A stretch of DNA of 59,127 bases from assembly GCA_964525295.1 (NCBI GenBank), contig CAZGEO010000002.1:324551-383677 (forward strand). Direction: 5' to 3'. The translations under genes were made by a program, and so were the position numbers. The notes under the pieces are model-generated. The model saw nothing but the letters and a program-made list of their open reading frames with translations. It searched no databases and was not told where the DNA came from. Positions within the stretch are counted from its first letter, which is position 1. The number at the start of each line of letters is the position of its first letter. This DNA is from an uncultured Candidatus Saccharibacteria bacterium (GTDB lineage Bacteria; Patescibacteriota; Dojkabacteria; GCA-002793355). Shown here piece after piece: positions 8,875-17,456 of the stretch.

Positions 8875-8940
8875 AATTCAACATTGAATTATGACAAATT
8901 TTGCTTGCAAGTTTATCTCTATTGAACTACAATGTTCTTC

Positions 8941-9528
8941 ATGAAAGAGTTTGTTTTATTTGACGTAGAGTACACAACGTGGGAAGAGTGCGAAAAGTAC
9001 GGCTACGATCAAGAAAAAGGTCAATACAGAGAGGTTATTGAGATTGGCGCAGTTGTTGTTGATCCTGAGAATTTTGATGCAAAAGACACTTTTCTTGCTT
9101 ATTGTAAACCACAAAAGAATCCAATTTTATCTGATTATTGCATTGAGAAAACTGGTATTACACAAGATAAGATTGATTTAGCCGAAAGTTATCCAGATGC
9201 TTTAGCAAGATTTGGGGCTTGGGTTGATGGTCGTAAACTAGTATTTTGGGGCAACGATGATATTTCATTATTCGAGACCTGTGATTTGGCAAACAGAGGT
9301 TTACCTTTTGACTATGGTAAATTCTATAGCTTGAAAGAATTATTAAAAAAACAAGGTTTTTCAGGAATTTCGTATCAAAGTAGCGAACTTCCAAAGCTGT
9401 ATGGCATCATTCCTGTTGGTAAAGCGCATGATTCACTCTCAGATACGTATAATGTTCTTGCCGTGTTACAACAAATGAAAGAGCGTGGTGAATATCAAGG
9501 TTTACTAAATGCACTAATCGCTGGTTAA
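8941..9528 (+). CDS. DEDDh 3'-5' exonuclease (ERI1/KapD-like)
   Basis: FDVEYT, EVIEIGAV, WG..DD and HDSLSD motifs. Confidence 0.85.
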   Translation: MKEFVLFDVEYTTWEECEKYGYDQEKGQYREVIEIGAVVVDPENFDAKDTFLAYCKPQKNPILSDYCIEKTGITQDKIDLAESYPDALARFGAWVDGRKLVFWGNDDISLFETCDLANRGLPFDYGKFYSLKELLKKQGFSGISYQSSELPKLYGIIPVGKAHDSLSDTYNVLAVLQQMKERGEYQGLLNALIAG

Positions 9529-9995
9529 TGTCGCTTAAGCTTGTAGCTGAAGCCAATAGATCGATTTCCGGTGGAGCTTTCCCGTTAGTAAGATTTACGC
9601 ACAATGAATTTGCACAAGTAAATAAGTATTCAAATGGTGCAATATTTCAGCATATAAATTTGCAATATTCCGGAATTCCAATAGATTTACAGAAATCTAA
9701 GCTTCAATTAGGCGTAGAGATTATTCGTAATGGTACTCGAATAAATGGTACGGAAATTTCTCCGAAACTAAGTTTCAATGAAATTATTCTACTTGAGATG
9801 ATTGAATTATCTCATTCGTTATCATTACTAGGACTGTCATTGTATTTCGATAAGCTGTTACTTCATAACCAGAGTAGTTTGTTCGGTTCACTGTATGACA
9901 GGTATTATCCAGTTGCTAAGATTACTGAACGGGAACTTGAAAACAGCTTGTTTTTTGTTCGAAAGTTTCGAGTCATTGATATTATTAGGCAATAA
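9528..9995 (+). CDS. Hypothetical protein
   Basis: Start overlaps the upstream stop (TAATG); no motif recognised. Confidence 0.6.
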   Translation: MSLKLVAEANRSISGGAFPLVRFTHNEFAQVNKYSNGAIFQHINLQYSGIPIDLQKSKLQLGVEIIRNGTRINGTEISPKLSFNEIILLEMIELSHSLSLLGLSLYFDKLLLHNQSSLFGSLYDRYYPVAKITERELENSLFFVRKFRVIDIIRQ

Positions 9996-10132
9996 ATGCT
10001 ATAATTACAAATTCTAAATTAAGTACGGAGTACATGACAGCACAATTATCAGTAGAGTTTGTATCTTCCGTACTTCACGGTAGGTAATACTCTAATTCTA
10101 AACCATTTTATCGATACTTTCGTTGTGTTCTC

Positions 10133-10194
10133 TTGACAATTTTTGAAAGTCGCGATAAATTATATCGTTAGCAGACTGGTGTATAGACTGCTAA
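10133..10194 (+). promoter_or_regulatory. Sigma70 promoter plus CIRCE (HrcA operator) upstream of hsp20
   Basis: TTGACA 10133-10138, 17 nt, TAAATT 10156-10161; then TTAGCAGAC-N9-GACTGCTAA at 10168-10194 versus CIRCE consensus TTAGCACTC-N9-GAGTGCTAA. Confidence 0.8.
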
Positions 10195-10216
10195 AATAAA
10201 TTAACTGTCACGTAAA

Positions 10217-10633
10217 ATGGCAAACATTCGAGTATTCAATCCATGGGGCATGCTTCCTTCCGTCTGGGAAGATGCTAATGACCTGATGAATGGCACCTTT
10301 GGGGCAGTTCCTCGGGCAAACATGTACGAAAAAGACGATACAGTGTTTGTGGAAATTGAACTTCCGGGGTACACAGCAAATGACATCGACATATCAATTA
10401 CCGGCGATGTATTAAAGGTTACCGGAAAGACACAAGAAAAGACAGAAGAAAATAAAGGTAAGCGTTATTATATGAGTGAAATTTCAGAGAAATCTTTCAC
10501 TCGAACATTTACCTTGCCCTATGAAGTTGTAACAGATAAAGCTGTTGCAGAATTCAAAGATGGCGTGCTAAAGCTGACTTTGCCAAAAAGCGAGAAAGCT
10601 TTACCAAAAACTATTCGCATTGAAGCGAAATAG
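10217..10633 (+). CDS. Hsp20/alpha-crystallin small heat-shock protein
   Basis: VEIELPG, FTRTFTLP and AEFKDGVLKLTLPK motifs. Confidence 0.95.
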   Translation: MANIRVFNPWGMLPSVWEDANDLMNGTFGAVPRANMYEKDDTVFVEIELPGYTANDIDISITGDVLKVTGKTQEKTEENKGKRYYMSEISEKSFTRTFTLPYEVVTDKAVAEFKDGVLKLTLPKSEKALPKTIRIEAK

Positions 10634-10664
10634 TTCGGGCTCAGCTAAGGCTGAGTCATTTTCT

Positions 10665-10703
10665 TTAGTAGCGGCGGCTTCGCCGCCGCTACTAACTTCT
10701 TTT
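10665..10703 (+). terminator. Intrinsic terminator after hsp20
   Basis: TTAGTAGCGGCGG/CCGCCGCTACTAA stem (10665-10695) followed by CTTCTTTT; a smaller CTCAGC/GCTGAG hairpin precedes it. Confidence 0.85.
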
Positions 10704-10821
10704 CTGATCAAATTTCCCCATAACTAAATGTAATACTCGTGCTTCTGCACGTGGCATTACGCTTTGCAATAAACTTATTATTGAGAGCTCCGTATGTTTA
10801 TACGTGTGCTCAACCTAAAAA

Positions 10822-11550
10822 ATGACAGAAATCGAAAAAGCAATTGAAGAATTGCAACAAAAAAAGATACAGGTGGAACTCCTGCAGGAATTAAAATCAG
10901 GAAAAGAAGCAAAAGTATATGTTGTACAAAACTTACAAACAAATGAGCTCCAGGCATTAAAGGTCTATCACGATTTTCAATCCCGTTCATTTCAAACGCA
11001 AAAGCATTATTTTCAAGACCGCTATGTGGGTTCTGAAACAGCTGCGATTCGTCGGGCGATCAAGAAAGGTAACGATGTAGGTCGTCAATTCATTCAAGAT
11101 ACTTGGGTAATGCGTGAGCAGTATTTCTTGAAGAAGTTATCTGGGCAAACGATCTATATGCCAAAACTTATTAAGCCACTTCGTAATGGTGTTTTGATGG
11201 AATACATTGGCGACGAGAATGGTCCTGCCCCTCGTCTTTCTGATGTTGAGCTTGTAAATGATCTAGTTGAACCAACGCTAAATATCTTACTGGATATGAT
11301 CGAGTTGTTTCTTGCCAATGGAATTATTCATGGCGATTTTTCCCCATTCAACATCCTGTGGTGGAAAAATCGCCCTATTGTCATCGACTTCCCACAAGCT
11401 GTCGATGTCCGCGAGTCAAAACGAGTATATTCATTACTTAAGCGCGACATTAAGAACATTATGAAGCCCTATGGGTATGGAGAGGATATTGTTGAAGACT
11501 TAACGCTTGAAATGCTCGAAAAGTACGCTTTACCATTAAGTGACCAATAA
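10822..11550 (+). CDS. RIO1-family atypical protein kinase
   Basis: LKSGKEAKVY, ALKVY, VLMEYIG, IHGDFSPFNIL and VIDFPQAV motifs. Confidence 0.9.
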   Translation: MTEIEKAIEELQQKKIQVELLQELKSGKEAKVYVVQNLQTNELQALKVYHDFQSRSFQTQKHYFQDRYVGSETAAIRRAIKKGNDVGRQFIQDTWVMREQYFLKKLSGQTIYMPKLIKPLRNGVLMEYIGDENGPAPRLSDVELVNDLVEPTLNILLDMIELFLANGIIHGDFSPFNILWWKNRPIVIDFPQAVDVRESKRVYSLLKRDIKNIMKPYGYGEDIVEDLTLEMLEKYALPLSDQ

Positions 11551-11587
11551 TTGGCGCATGGCTTAGAATTAAAGTATAATTCTCGTT

Positions 11588-12160
11588 ATGCGCGCTGAGC
11601 GACAACCTACAAGACTTGAAAAAGCGTTAACCGCACCACCAGATAAATTGGTGAATTTATTTGAAGTTGAATGCTTAACTAAAGTGCGCCCGTTAGATAG
11701 TACCCGTATTACTGCAGGCTCATGGAGATCAGCATTTAATAACTTAACACCTCTAGTTGCTGGTGTATCAATGTATAGGTTGATATTAGACAATAGTACG
11801 CATGATAATTCTGAGGTAACAGTTAATGCTGCTGCTCAGTTCGAAACTTTATTGAATTTTTGGGAAAATAAAAACGCAGATGGTGGTGAATTATATTTAC
11901 TAGAAGAAGGGCAGTCACTCTTTCATGGGTTACGTGAAATGATTATCATTTTCGCACCACGTTTCCTAAAAAGTATCGATGTGAATGTAGAACAAATTGA
12001 TGCACTAAAAATTTTTCGTGAAATGTCTGCACTTTTCTATGATGAACCTCGCATTCTTGAATTACTTGAACGGCATGCTTTAAACGAAAAGGCTATGGCC
12101 TACATAGAGGCAACAGTTGATTACTTTAGAAATAAAAAGCCTCCTGTGCTATCATCATAA
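11588..12160 (+). CDS. Hypothetical protein
   Basis: 190-aa ORF with TATAAT 7 nt upstream of the ATG. Confidence 0.65.
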   Translation: MRAERQPTRLEKALTAPPDKLVNLFEVECLTKVRPLDSTRITAGSWRSAFNNLTPLVAGVSMYRLILDNSTHDNSEVTVNAAAQFETLLNFWENKNADGGELYLLEEGQSLFHGLREMIIIFAPRFLKSIDVNVEQIDALKIFREMSALFYDEPRILELLERHALNEKAMAYIEATVDYFRNKKPPVLSS

Positions 12161-12163
12161 GAA

Positions 12164-12643
12164 ATGAAAGAAGCAACCTTACTTTTCTTAGTTCGCAGAA
12201 ATCAGCAAACCGGTGATCAAGAAATTCTCTTAGCGATGAAAAAGAGAGGCTTTGGTGTAGGAAAGTGGAACGGTACTGGCGGAAAGTTCGATGCTGAAAA
12301 AGACAAAACCATTGAAGATACTGCAAAACGTGAAGCTCGAGAAGAAATTGGTATCGATATTATAAAAATGGAAAAAGTTGGCGTTAATCGATTTCCATTT
12401 GATATTGATCCAGCACTTGAAATGAATGTGCACATCTATATTGCGACTGAATGGAAAAATGAACCTGTTGAAACCGAAGAAATGAGCCCGAAATGGTTCT
12501 CAGTCTCAGTGATTCCTTATGCTGACATGTGGGATGCTGATCGGATCTGGTTACCATCAATATTGGCTGGTAAGAAAATTGAAGGAGTTTTTTATTTTGA
12601 TAAAGAAAATAAATTAAGAGATCATGAGTTAAAAATCATATGA
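12164..12643 (+). CDS. Nudix hydrolase, MTH1/NUDT1-like 8-oxo-dGTPase
   Basis: LLAMKKRGFG.GKWNG.GGK, Nudix box AKREAREE, ETEEM.PKWF and MW.AD..WLP. Confidence 0.88.
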   Translation: MKEATLLFLVRRNQQTGDQEILLAMKKRGFGVGKWNGTGGKFDAEKDKTIEDTAKREAREEIGIDIIKMEKVGVNRFPFDIDPALEMNVHIYIATEWKNEPVETEEMSPKWFSVSVIPYADMWDADRIWLPSILAGKKIEGVFYFDKENKLRDHELKII

Positions 12644-13116
12644 ATAAGCAAGCAATAGCAATAGCATTGGGTATTGGACTCCTTTTTTTAATTGGTTTTG
12701 TTTGGTCGACATATCGAGCCAGTGCTTCAAAAGAACAAACCTCTTCCCCAAAAACATCGAACCAACCTACAACAAAACTGTCTGTTCAAAGAGTTTCAGC
12801 TGAGAAGTTTAAGATAATGTTTGAAAGTGATGACAACGCGCAATTAATAGATATCCGAACCGCATCAGAATATAATGAAGAAGGGCACATTTCTACTGCA
12901 AAGAATATTGATTATTACAGTAAAGCCTTTCGTGTCGAGTTAGATCGGCTTGATAAAGCAAAAACAACGTATGTCTATTGCCGTTCAGGAAACAGGTCTG
13001 CATCTGCAGTAGCTTTAATGCAAACAATGGGTTTTACAAAAATCGTTGAATTAGACGGTGGAATTCTCTCGTGGAGTTCAGCCAATTTTCCACTTGTTAA
13101 GACACTTAGTGACTAG
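12640..13116 (+). CDS. Rhodanese-like domain protein with N-terminal membrane anchor
   Basis: LIDIRT..EY..GHI, active-site loop YCRSGNRS and LDGGILSW. Confidence 0.9.
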   Translation: MNKQAIAIALGIGLLFLIGFVWSTYRASASKEQTSSPKTSNQPTTKLSVQRVSAEKFKIMFESDDNAQLIDIRTASEYNEEGHISTAKNIDYYSKAFRVELDRLDKAKTTYVYCRSGNRSASAVALMQTMGFTKIVELDGGILSWSSANFPLVKTLSD

Positions 13117-14089
13117 AAAAAATCTTCTTGAAAATCTTTTTCAGTTTCTTTTTATCGTGTCGTAACAGACTTCTTATTAATTTATCTCCACCTTGCTTTT
13201 TTATAACGTTCCCGACGACAAGATCAGCTCTATAAATAGTGGATGAGCTTGGTAAATCATCTGAAATAACATGTTCACCAATTTCGAGATAGCGTTTCAA
13301 GCCTTCTCTTGGTAGCTTGCCATTGTTAATCAGTATGATGTCTGGGTATCGTTTGCAATATTTCGCAATTTCATCAACATGATTCTGCTGAGAAAATCCT
13401 CGAGTTTGCCCTCGTTTACTCATCAAATTCGTTATATAGATGAATTTTGCTTTTGAATTTGCTATTGCGTCAGCAATACCATCTACAATGCAGTTTGCAA
13501 GAGTTGTTGTGTAGAGATCACCAGGGCCAAGAATTACATAATCTGCTGATAAAATTGCATCTATAGCTTTATCATAAGCCTTCACCTGTGGGGTAAGGCG
13601 CAAATTGACAATGTGACTCTCCTCATCCTTGGTATTAGGCTCGTCGATTTTGTGTTCACCTAAAAGAACTTTTTGATTCTCGTAGGTTGCCGTTAATTTC
13701 GCTTGCTCAAGTGTTACCGGTAAAATTTTACCCTTAACCGCAAAGAGTTTACACGCTGCATCGATAGCGCCCAATTCAGTATCTTTTATTGTTGAAAGTG
13801 CCATCATAATTAGGTTTCCTAATGTGTGTCCTTCTAAACCTTCTCCTTTGTCGAATCGGTACATAAAAATTTGTCGTAGGAGTTCATTTTCATTGTCTTT
13901 TGAAAGAGCGAGAATTGATTTTCGCAAGTCACTTAAGGGTAAAAGTCCAAATTCATCGCGGATAACTTGGTTGCTTCCGCCATCGTCGGTCATATTTACG
14001 ATTGCCGTAATAGAATTATTACGTAGCTCTTTTAATGCTTGTAAAACTGCAAAAGATCCAGTACCACCGCCTAATACTACGATATGCAT
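13106..14089 (-). CDS. yvcK: YvcK/GlmR (CofD-like, UPF0052) family protein
   Basis: IVVLGGGTG, DDGGS, GHTLGNL, ILGPGDLYT and C-terminal RHD motifs. Confidence 0.92.
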   Translation of the reverse strand: MHIVVLGGGTGSFAVLQALKELRNNSITAIVNMTDDGGSNQVIRDEFGLLPLSDLRKSILALSKDNENELLRQIFMYRFDKGEGLEGHTLGNLIMMALSTIKDTELGAIDAACKLFAVKGKILPVTLEQAKLTATYENQKVLLGEHKIDEPNTKDEESHIVNLRLTPQVKAYDKAIDAILSADYVILGPGDLYTTTLANCIVDGIADAIANSKAKFIYITNLMSKRGQTRGFSQQNHVDEIAKYCKRYPDIILINNGKLPREGLKRYLEIGEHVISDDLPSSSTIYRADLVVGNVIKKQGGDKLIRSLLRHDKKKLKKIFKKIFSSH

Positions 14090-14178
14090 AAATCATTATA
14101 GCAGGTGACGATTCAGTCCTTATTTCGTGAGTGTTAAATGTATTTTAGTTGTAGTACTACAGTAGGCAGAGAAGTTCT

Positions 14179-14207
14179 TTGACATTGATGAGGTCGTACG
14201 GTAAAAT
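14179..14207 (+). promoter_or_regulatory. Sigma70 promoter of tRNA-Asp
   Basis: TTGACA 14179-14184, 17 nt, TAAAAT 14202-14207. Confidence 0.8.
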
Positions 14208-14219
14208 AACGGTATCAAT

Positions 14220-14294
14220 GGGGCTGTAGCTCAACTTGGTTAGAGCACCCGCCTGTCACGCGGGTGGTTGCGGGTTCGAATCCCGTCAGCCCCG
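14220..14294 (+). tRNA. tRNA-Asp(GTC), no encoded CCA
   Basis: Acceptor GGGGCTG/CAGCCCC, anticodon arm CCCGC-CTGTCAC-GCGGG, T-arm GCGGG-TTCGAAT-CCCGT, discriminator G. Confidence 0.97.
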
Positions 14295-14295
14295 T

Positions 14296-14341
14296 ATGGG
14301 TGTTTGGCACTGTGTAAACGGTGGCAGACACCCATGTTTTT
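14296..14341 (+). terminator. Intrinsic terminator-like hairpin right after tRNA-Asp
   Basis: ATGGGTGTTTG/CAGACACCCAT stem with inner CACTG/CGGTG, followed by GTTTTT. Confidence 0.8.
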
Positions 14342-14345
14342 ATGT

Positions 14346-14506
14346 AGGGATTCGAGACTCAAGGAGAATGTAGTCACCTACATTCGACGAAGAGCTGGAA
14401 CGCGCCTAAAATCCTTTGAATTTATCAAGTGCAAATTTCGTGACGAGTGTGCGTAACTTTAACCAGGTAGAAGTGTTGCGAATGTAGATTAGTGAGTCCG
14501 AAATTT
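14346..14506 (+). ncRNA. tRNA-associated structured motif, copy 2 (Asp locus)
   Basis: Helices AGGGATT 14346-52/AATCCTT 14410-16, GAATGTAG 14366-73/CTACATTC 14378-85 and AAATTTCG 14433-40/CGAAATTT 14499-14506. Confidence 0.7.
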
Positions 14507-14525
14507 GGTGGGTGTTCGAATCCCG

Positions 14526-14870
14526 TCAGAATTTTGTAAGTAGCAAACTTTTTAAACGTTTTATATTAGTTAAGAATAGATGAACATCTTTTTGTCGGTC
14601 GGAAAGATCGCGAACCTCGTAGGGGTTCGCGTCTTCCTCCTTTACCGATTCTTTAGGAATATCGACGCTTGAGTTAAATACCTGTTTGAATAAATCGTAA
14701 TCAATCATGATTTTTAGTGCGTGAAAAAAATAGGCGATTTGAGCCTCTACAAAGGAAAGTAGCGAGTTATATGATTCTATGAGTTCATCGCGAGAAAGAA
14801 TAACACCGTACTTCTTTTTAAAAAATTGTTGGAGTTTTTGTAATTGAACATCCGTTGGTTTGGCAGACAT
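14526..14870 (-). CDS. Hypothetical protein, possibly a mobile-element remnant
   Basis: N-terminus LQKLQQFFKKKYGVILSRDEL. The TGA stop falls inside the tRNA duplication, and the 3' half spans a DNA hairpin at 14601-14637. Confidence 0.45.
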   Translation of the reverse strand: MSAKPTDVQLQKLQQFFKKKYGVILSRDELIESYNSLLSFVEAQIAYFFHALKIMIDYDLFKQVFNSSVDIPKESVKEEDANPYEVRDLSDRQKDVHLFLTNIKRLKSLLLTKF

Positions 14871-15050
14871 GTGAATTTTGTACGAACACAAAAAACAAGA
14901 AAAACTTTGAAGAGATTCTTAATTAGTTGTGTATGACTTGTTCACTGCCGAAATGTTCTTAATAATTATATCAGAGGTAGTAATTATTGTTAATGTCATT
15001 TCACGACAAAAAGTTGTACAATATTTTTGTTTAAAATTTACTTCAACGAT

Positions 15051-15380
15051 ATGTCCGAAGCAATGCATAAAACATTTTTGTCAGCAATAGACCAAAGAAA
15101 AATAGTCGCTATTAAATTTGATTCAAAGGAAAAAGGGATAATAACAAGATTGTGCATCCCTTTTGACTTTGGACCTTCAAACAGGAAGTTGGAACCAAAT
15201 CCACACAGATATCATTTTTATGATTTGGATAGTCCTGAAGGCAAGCACAATCTCTCAATACTACCTGAGCAATTATTAGAAATTACGTTAACAGAGAAAT
15301 CGTTTTTGCCTGAAGATTACGTAACGTGGAATCCTCCATATAAGTGGCATATAGAAAGGAATTGGGGGAAATATTCGTAA
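15051..15380 (+). CDS. Stand-alone WYL-like domain protein
   Basis: Pattern AIDQRKIVAIKF...TRLCIPFDFG...RYHFYD...LLEITLTEKSF matches the WYL spacing (AI..r..v.i.Y...R.v.P...Y....I..i.....F); no HTH. Start is 15051 or 15063. Confidence 0.55.
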   Translation: MSEAMHKTFLSAIDQRKIVAIKFDSKEKGIITRLCIPFDFGPSNRKLEPNPHRYHFYDLDSPEGKHNLSILPEQLLEITLTEKSFLPEDYVTWNPPYKWHIERNWGKYS

Positions 15381-15386
15381 ACAAAT

Positions 15387-17276
15387 ATGAAACTCAAAAA
15401 AGTAAGAATTATAAACAATAAATCTTGTCGAAAGCTTAGTATAGACTTATCGCAAGATACCCCAGATATATATATTGGCATCAATGATAGTGGAAAAAGT
15501 ACGATTTTTAAGTCCCTAGATTGGTTTTTTGATGAGAGAAAGCAGTTACTGGTAAGTGGAACAATTAATGATATATCGAATTCACCTGTAAATGTTGCTG
15601 AATTCAGTCAATTTATGACCGAAAATGATTGTTTATATTTTGATCTATATACTGAAAGGTCAATTGTGGTTATCTGTGAGTTTGAGATTGAGGCTCAAGA
15701 TATTAGCAATACAAACTTGCAGGCAGATGGTAAGGCGAACTTACTTAAATGGGCAACCGCTACAGCTGACAAATTAGTGATTCTAAAGTACCAAACCGGA
15801 GAAGGGGAACTAAGCGCGAATGGTTACTATGTTTTAGCTGAGGATTATTTTGATAGTACTGAAAATAATTATTTGCAAGCATATTCTGCAAGTGCAACAA
15901 AACTAACTGAATTAATTAGAAAATTTGGTATTACGGCTCAAGATATAGAAAATCAAAACGGTGTTGGAAGGTATACTAATCAAGAAAAGATTAGAGCCAT
16001 CTATAAAAAACTAGAACCTGAATTAAAACAAATTTGGGTCAAATATGATGATTTTTCAAGAAATAAAATATATTTTCCTGAATTTAAATATTTAGATTGG
16101 AATTTTACACTTAAAGACTTGGAGGATATGGCAACATCAGCCATGAAATCAGTTACAGAAAGGTACCTTACCGAAATTCAAACGATTACAAATGAAAAAG
16201 AAAAACAAGCTCAGATTGATGTAAATACCAAATTTAACGAACTTATGCAAGCAACCAAAAGAGAATTACCGTCACATATCAAATCAATACAATCTAGCGT
16301 AAAATTCTCTGTATCGCAATCTGTTCAAGACTTAACAGTTACAAAAGATGGAACAGATGGCGATATTCAAATCAATAATCAAGGTGATGGAATAAAAAGA
16401 CAAATATGGTTTGCTATTCTAAAAGGTGAAGCAACTCCCAGCGCAGCTGCTTCGGAAGTACAGCCTTCAAGAATTTGGAGTTTTGATGAGCCTGAAACTC
16501 ATTTACATCCCGTTGCTCAACGAAATTTATCTCAAATTCTCAGCGATATGACCCATAACGGTTTTCAGATTCTGATTTCTACGCACTCAACAATATTTAT
16601 TGATAAAGCCAATATTGATAAAATTAATCAGGTGTATCTGTCGAGCGGCTACACTTCGATAAACAAATCTACATGTGTGAATGATATTCTAGAGACCTTA
16701 AATGTCAGAAATAGTGATTTTTTAATAAGTGATAAATTTGTTTGTGTAGAAGGTCCAACAGAGTTTGAGCTAATACCAGCAGTCTACAAACTTATTAACA
16801 ATAGGTCGATGAGCGAAGACGGAATAATGTTAATAAATCTGAATGGGTCTGGCAAATACAAAACTATGAAGGAATACCTAACACAGGTTGTCAAAGATTT
16901 TGGTCACACCGAACGCTCATTGTTTTTTCTATTCGATAACGATGTTACATATGAAGGTGCAAATATATTTAAGATAGGAAAATTCGATATTGAAGATAGC
17001 CTACCGAATTCACTTTGGATCCAACTTGTAAAAGATACTTGCGGTATTGATTTGTCAGAAGAATCCATAAATGACGAAATTCGCAGTAAACTTGGTAGTA
17101 CTCAAAGTCAGAAGTTCTATGAATTGCTAGGTGGATATGTAGCAAAAAGTACCAAAGGAGCATTTTATTTACCAAGCAAACCCGAATGTGCAGAACTTAT
17201 AGCCAGCTATATCACTGATACAAGCTTAGTTCCGCCTGAACTTTTAGAGTTTGTTGCAAAATTAAAGGAAGGCTAG
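15387..17276 (+). CDS. OLD-family ATP-dependent nuclease (ABC ATPase plus TOPRIM)
   Basis: Walker A GINDSGKST, signature QGDGIKR, Walker B FDEPETHLHP, ISTHS switch, TOPRIM VEGPTE and FDND, and DIED. Confidence 0.88.
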   Translation: MKLKKVRIINNKSCRKLSIDLSQDTPDIYIGINDSGKSTIFKSLDWFFDERKQLLVSGTINDISNSPVNVAEFSQFMTENDCLYFDLYTERSIVVICEFEIEAQDISNTNLQADGKANLLKWATATADKLVILKYQTGEGELSANGYYVLAEDYFDSTENNYLQAYSASATKLTELIRKFGITAQDIENQNGVGRYTNQEKIRAIYKKLEPELKQIWVKYDDFSRNKIYFPEFKYLDWNFTLKDLEDMATSAMKSVTERYLTEIQTITNEKEKQAQIDVNTKFNELMQATKRELPSHIKSIQSSVKFSVSQSVQDLTVTKDGTDGDIQINNQGDGIKRQIWFAILKGEATPSAAASEVQPSRIWSFDEPETHLHPVAQRNLSQILSDMTHNGFQILISTHSTIFIDKANIDKINQVYLSSGYTSINKSTCVNDILETLNVRNSDFLISDKFVCVEGPTEFELIPAVYKLINNRSMSEDGIMLINLNGSGKYKTMKEYLTQVVKDFGHTERSLFFLFDNDVTYEGANIFKIGKFDIEDSLPNSLWIQLVKDTCGIDLSEESINDEIRSKLGSTQSQKFYELLGGYVAKSTKGAFYLPSKPECAELIASYITDTSLVPPELLEFVAKLKEG

Positions 17277-17456
17277 TATAAACCAGTTTCCACTTCGTCC
17301 CAAAATCCCCTCTCTATTTTATTAAAAAATTGCAATAATCATTTACCCTCTCTGTGATTGTCCATATAATCCTGAGCACCTCTTCGAGGGGTATTGGGAA
17401 GATTGCAGGCAGAAATGTCAGTAGAAGAGAGCAGTCTTAGTTCCACTTCCCCCTAC

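Larger units (their letters stand above)
14295..14529 (+). mobile_element. Miniature tRNA-Asp-associated element bounded by a tRNA 3' duplication
   Basis: GTTCGAATCCCGTCAG at 14274-14289 (in the tRNA) is repeated at 14514-14529, 240 bp away. It encloses the structured motif and no credible protein gene. Confidence 0.65.

Noticed and set aside
14268-14456. 62-aa ORF starting inside tRNA-Asp
   Set aside because: Overlaps the tRNA T-arm, the terminator and the RNA motif, whose homologous copies do not preserve a reading frame.
15387-17276. Gabija, retron or PARIS assignment for the OLD nuclease
   Set aside because: No adjacent UvrD helicase or reverse transcriptase, and ATPase and TOPRIM are fused in one ORF.
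17277-17456. Intergenic segment with a small CCTC-TTC-GAGG hairpin and a short TTCCACTTC repeat; considered as an island right boundary or ncRNA
   Set aside because: No tRNA-Asp duplication or motif copy found; most simply a terminator region between convergent genes.
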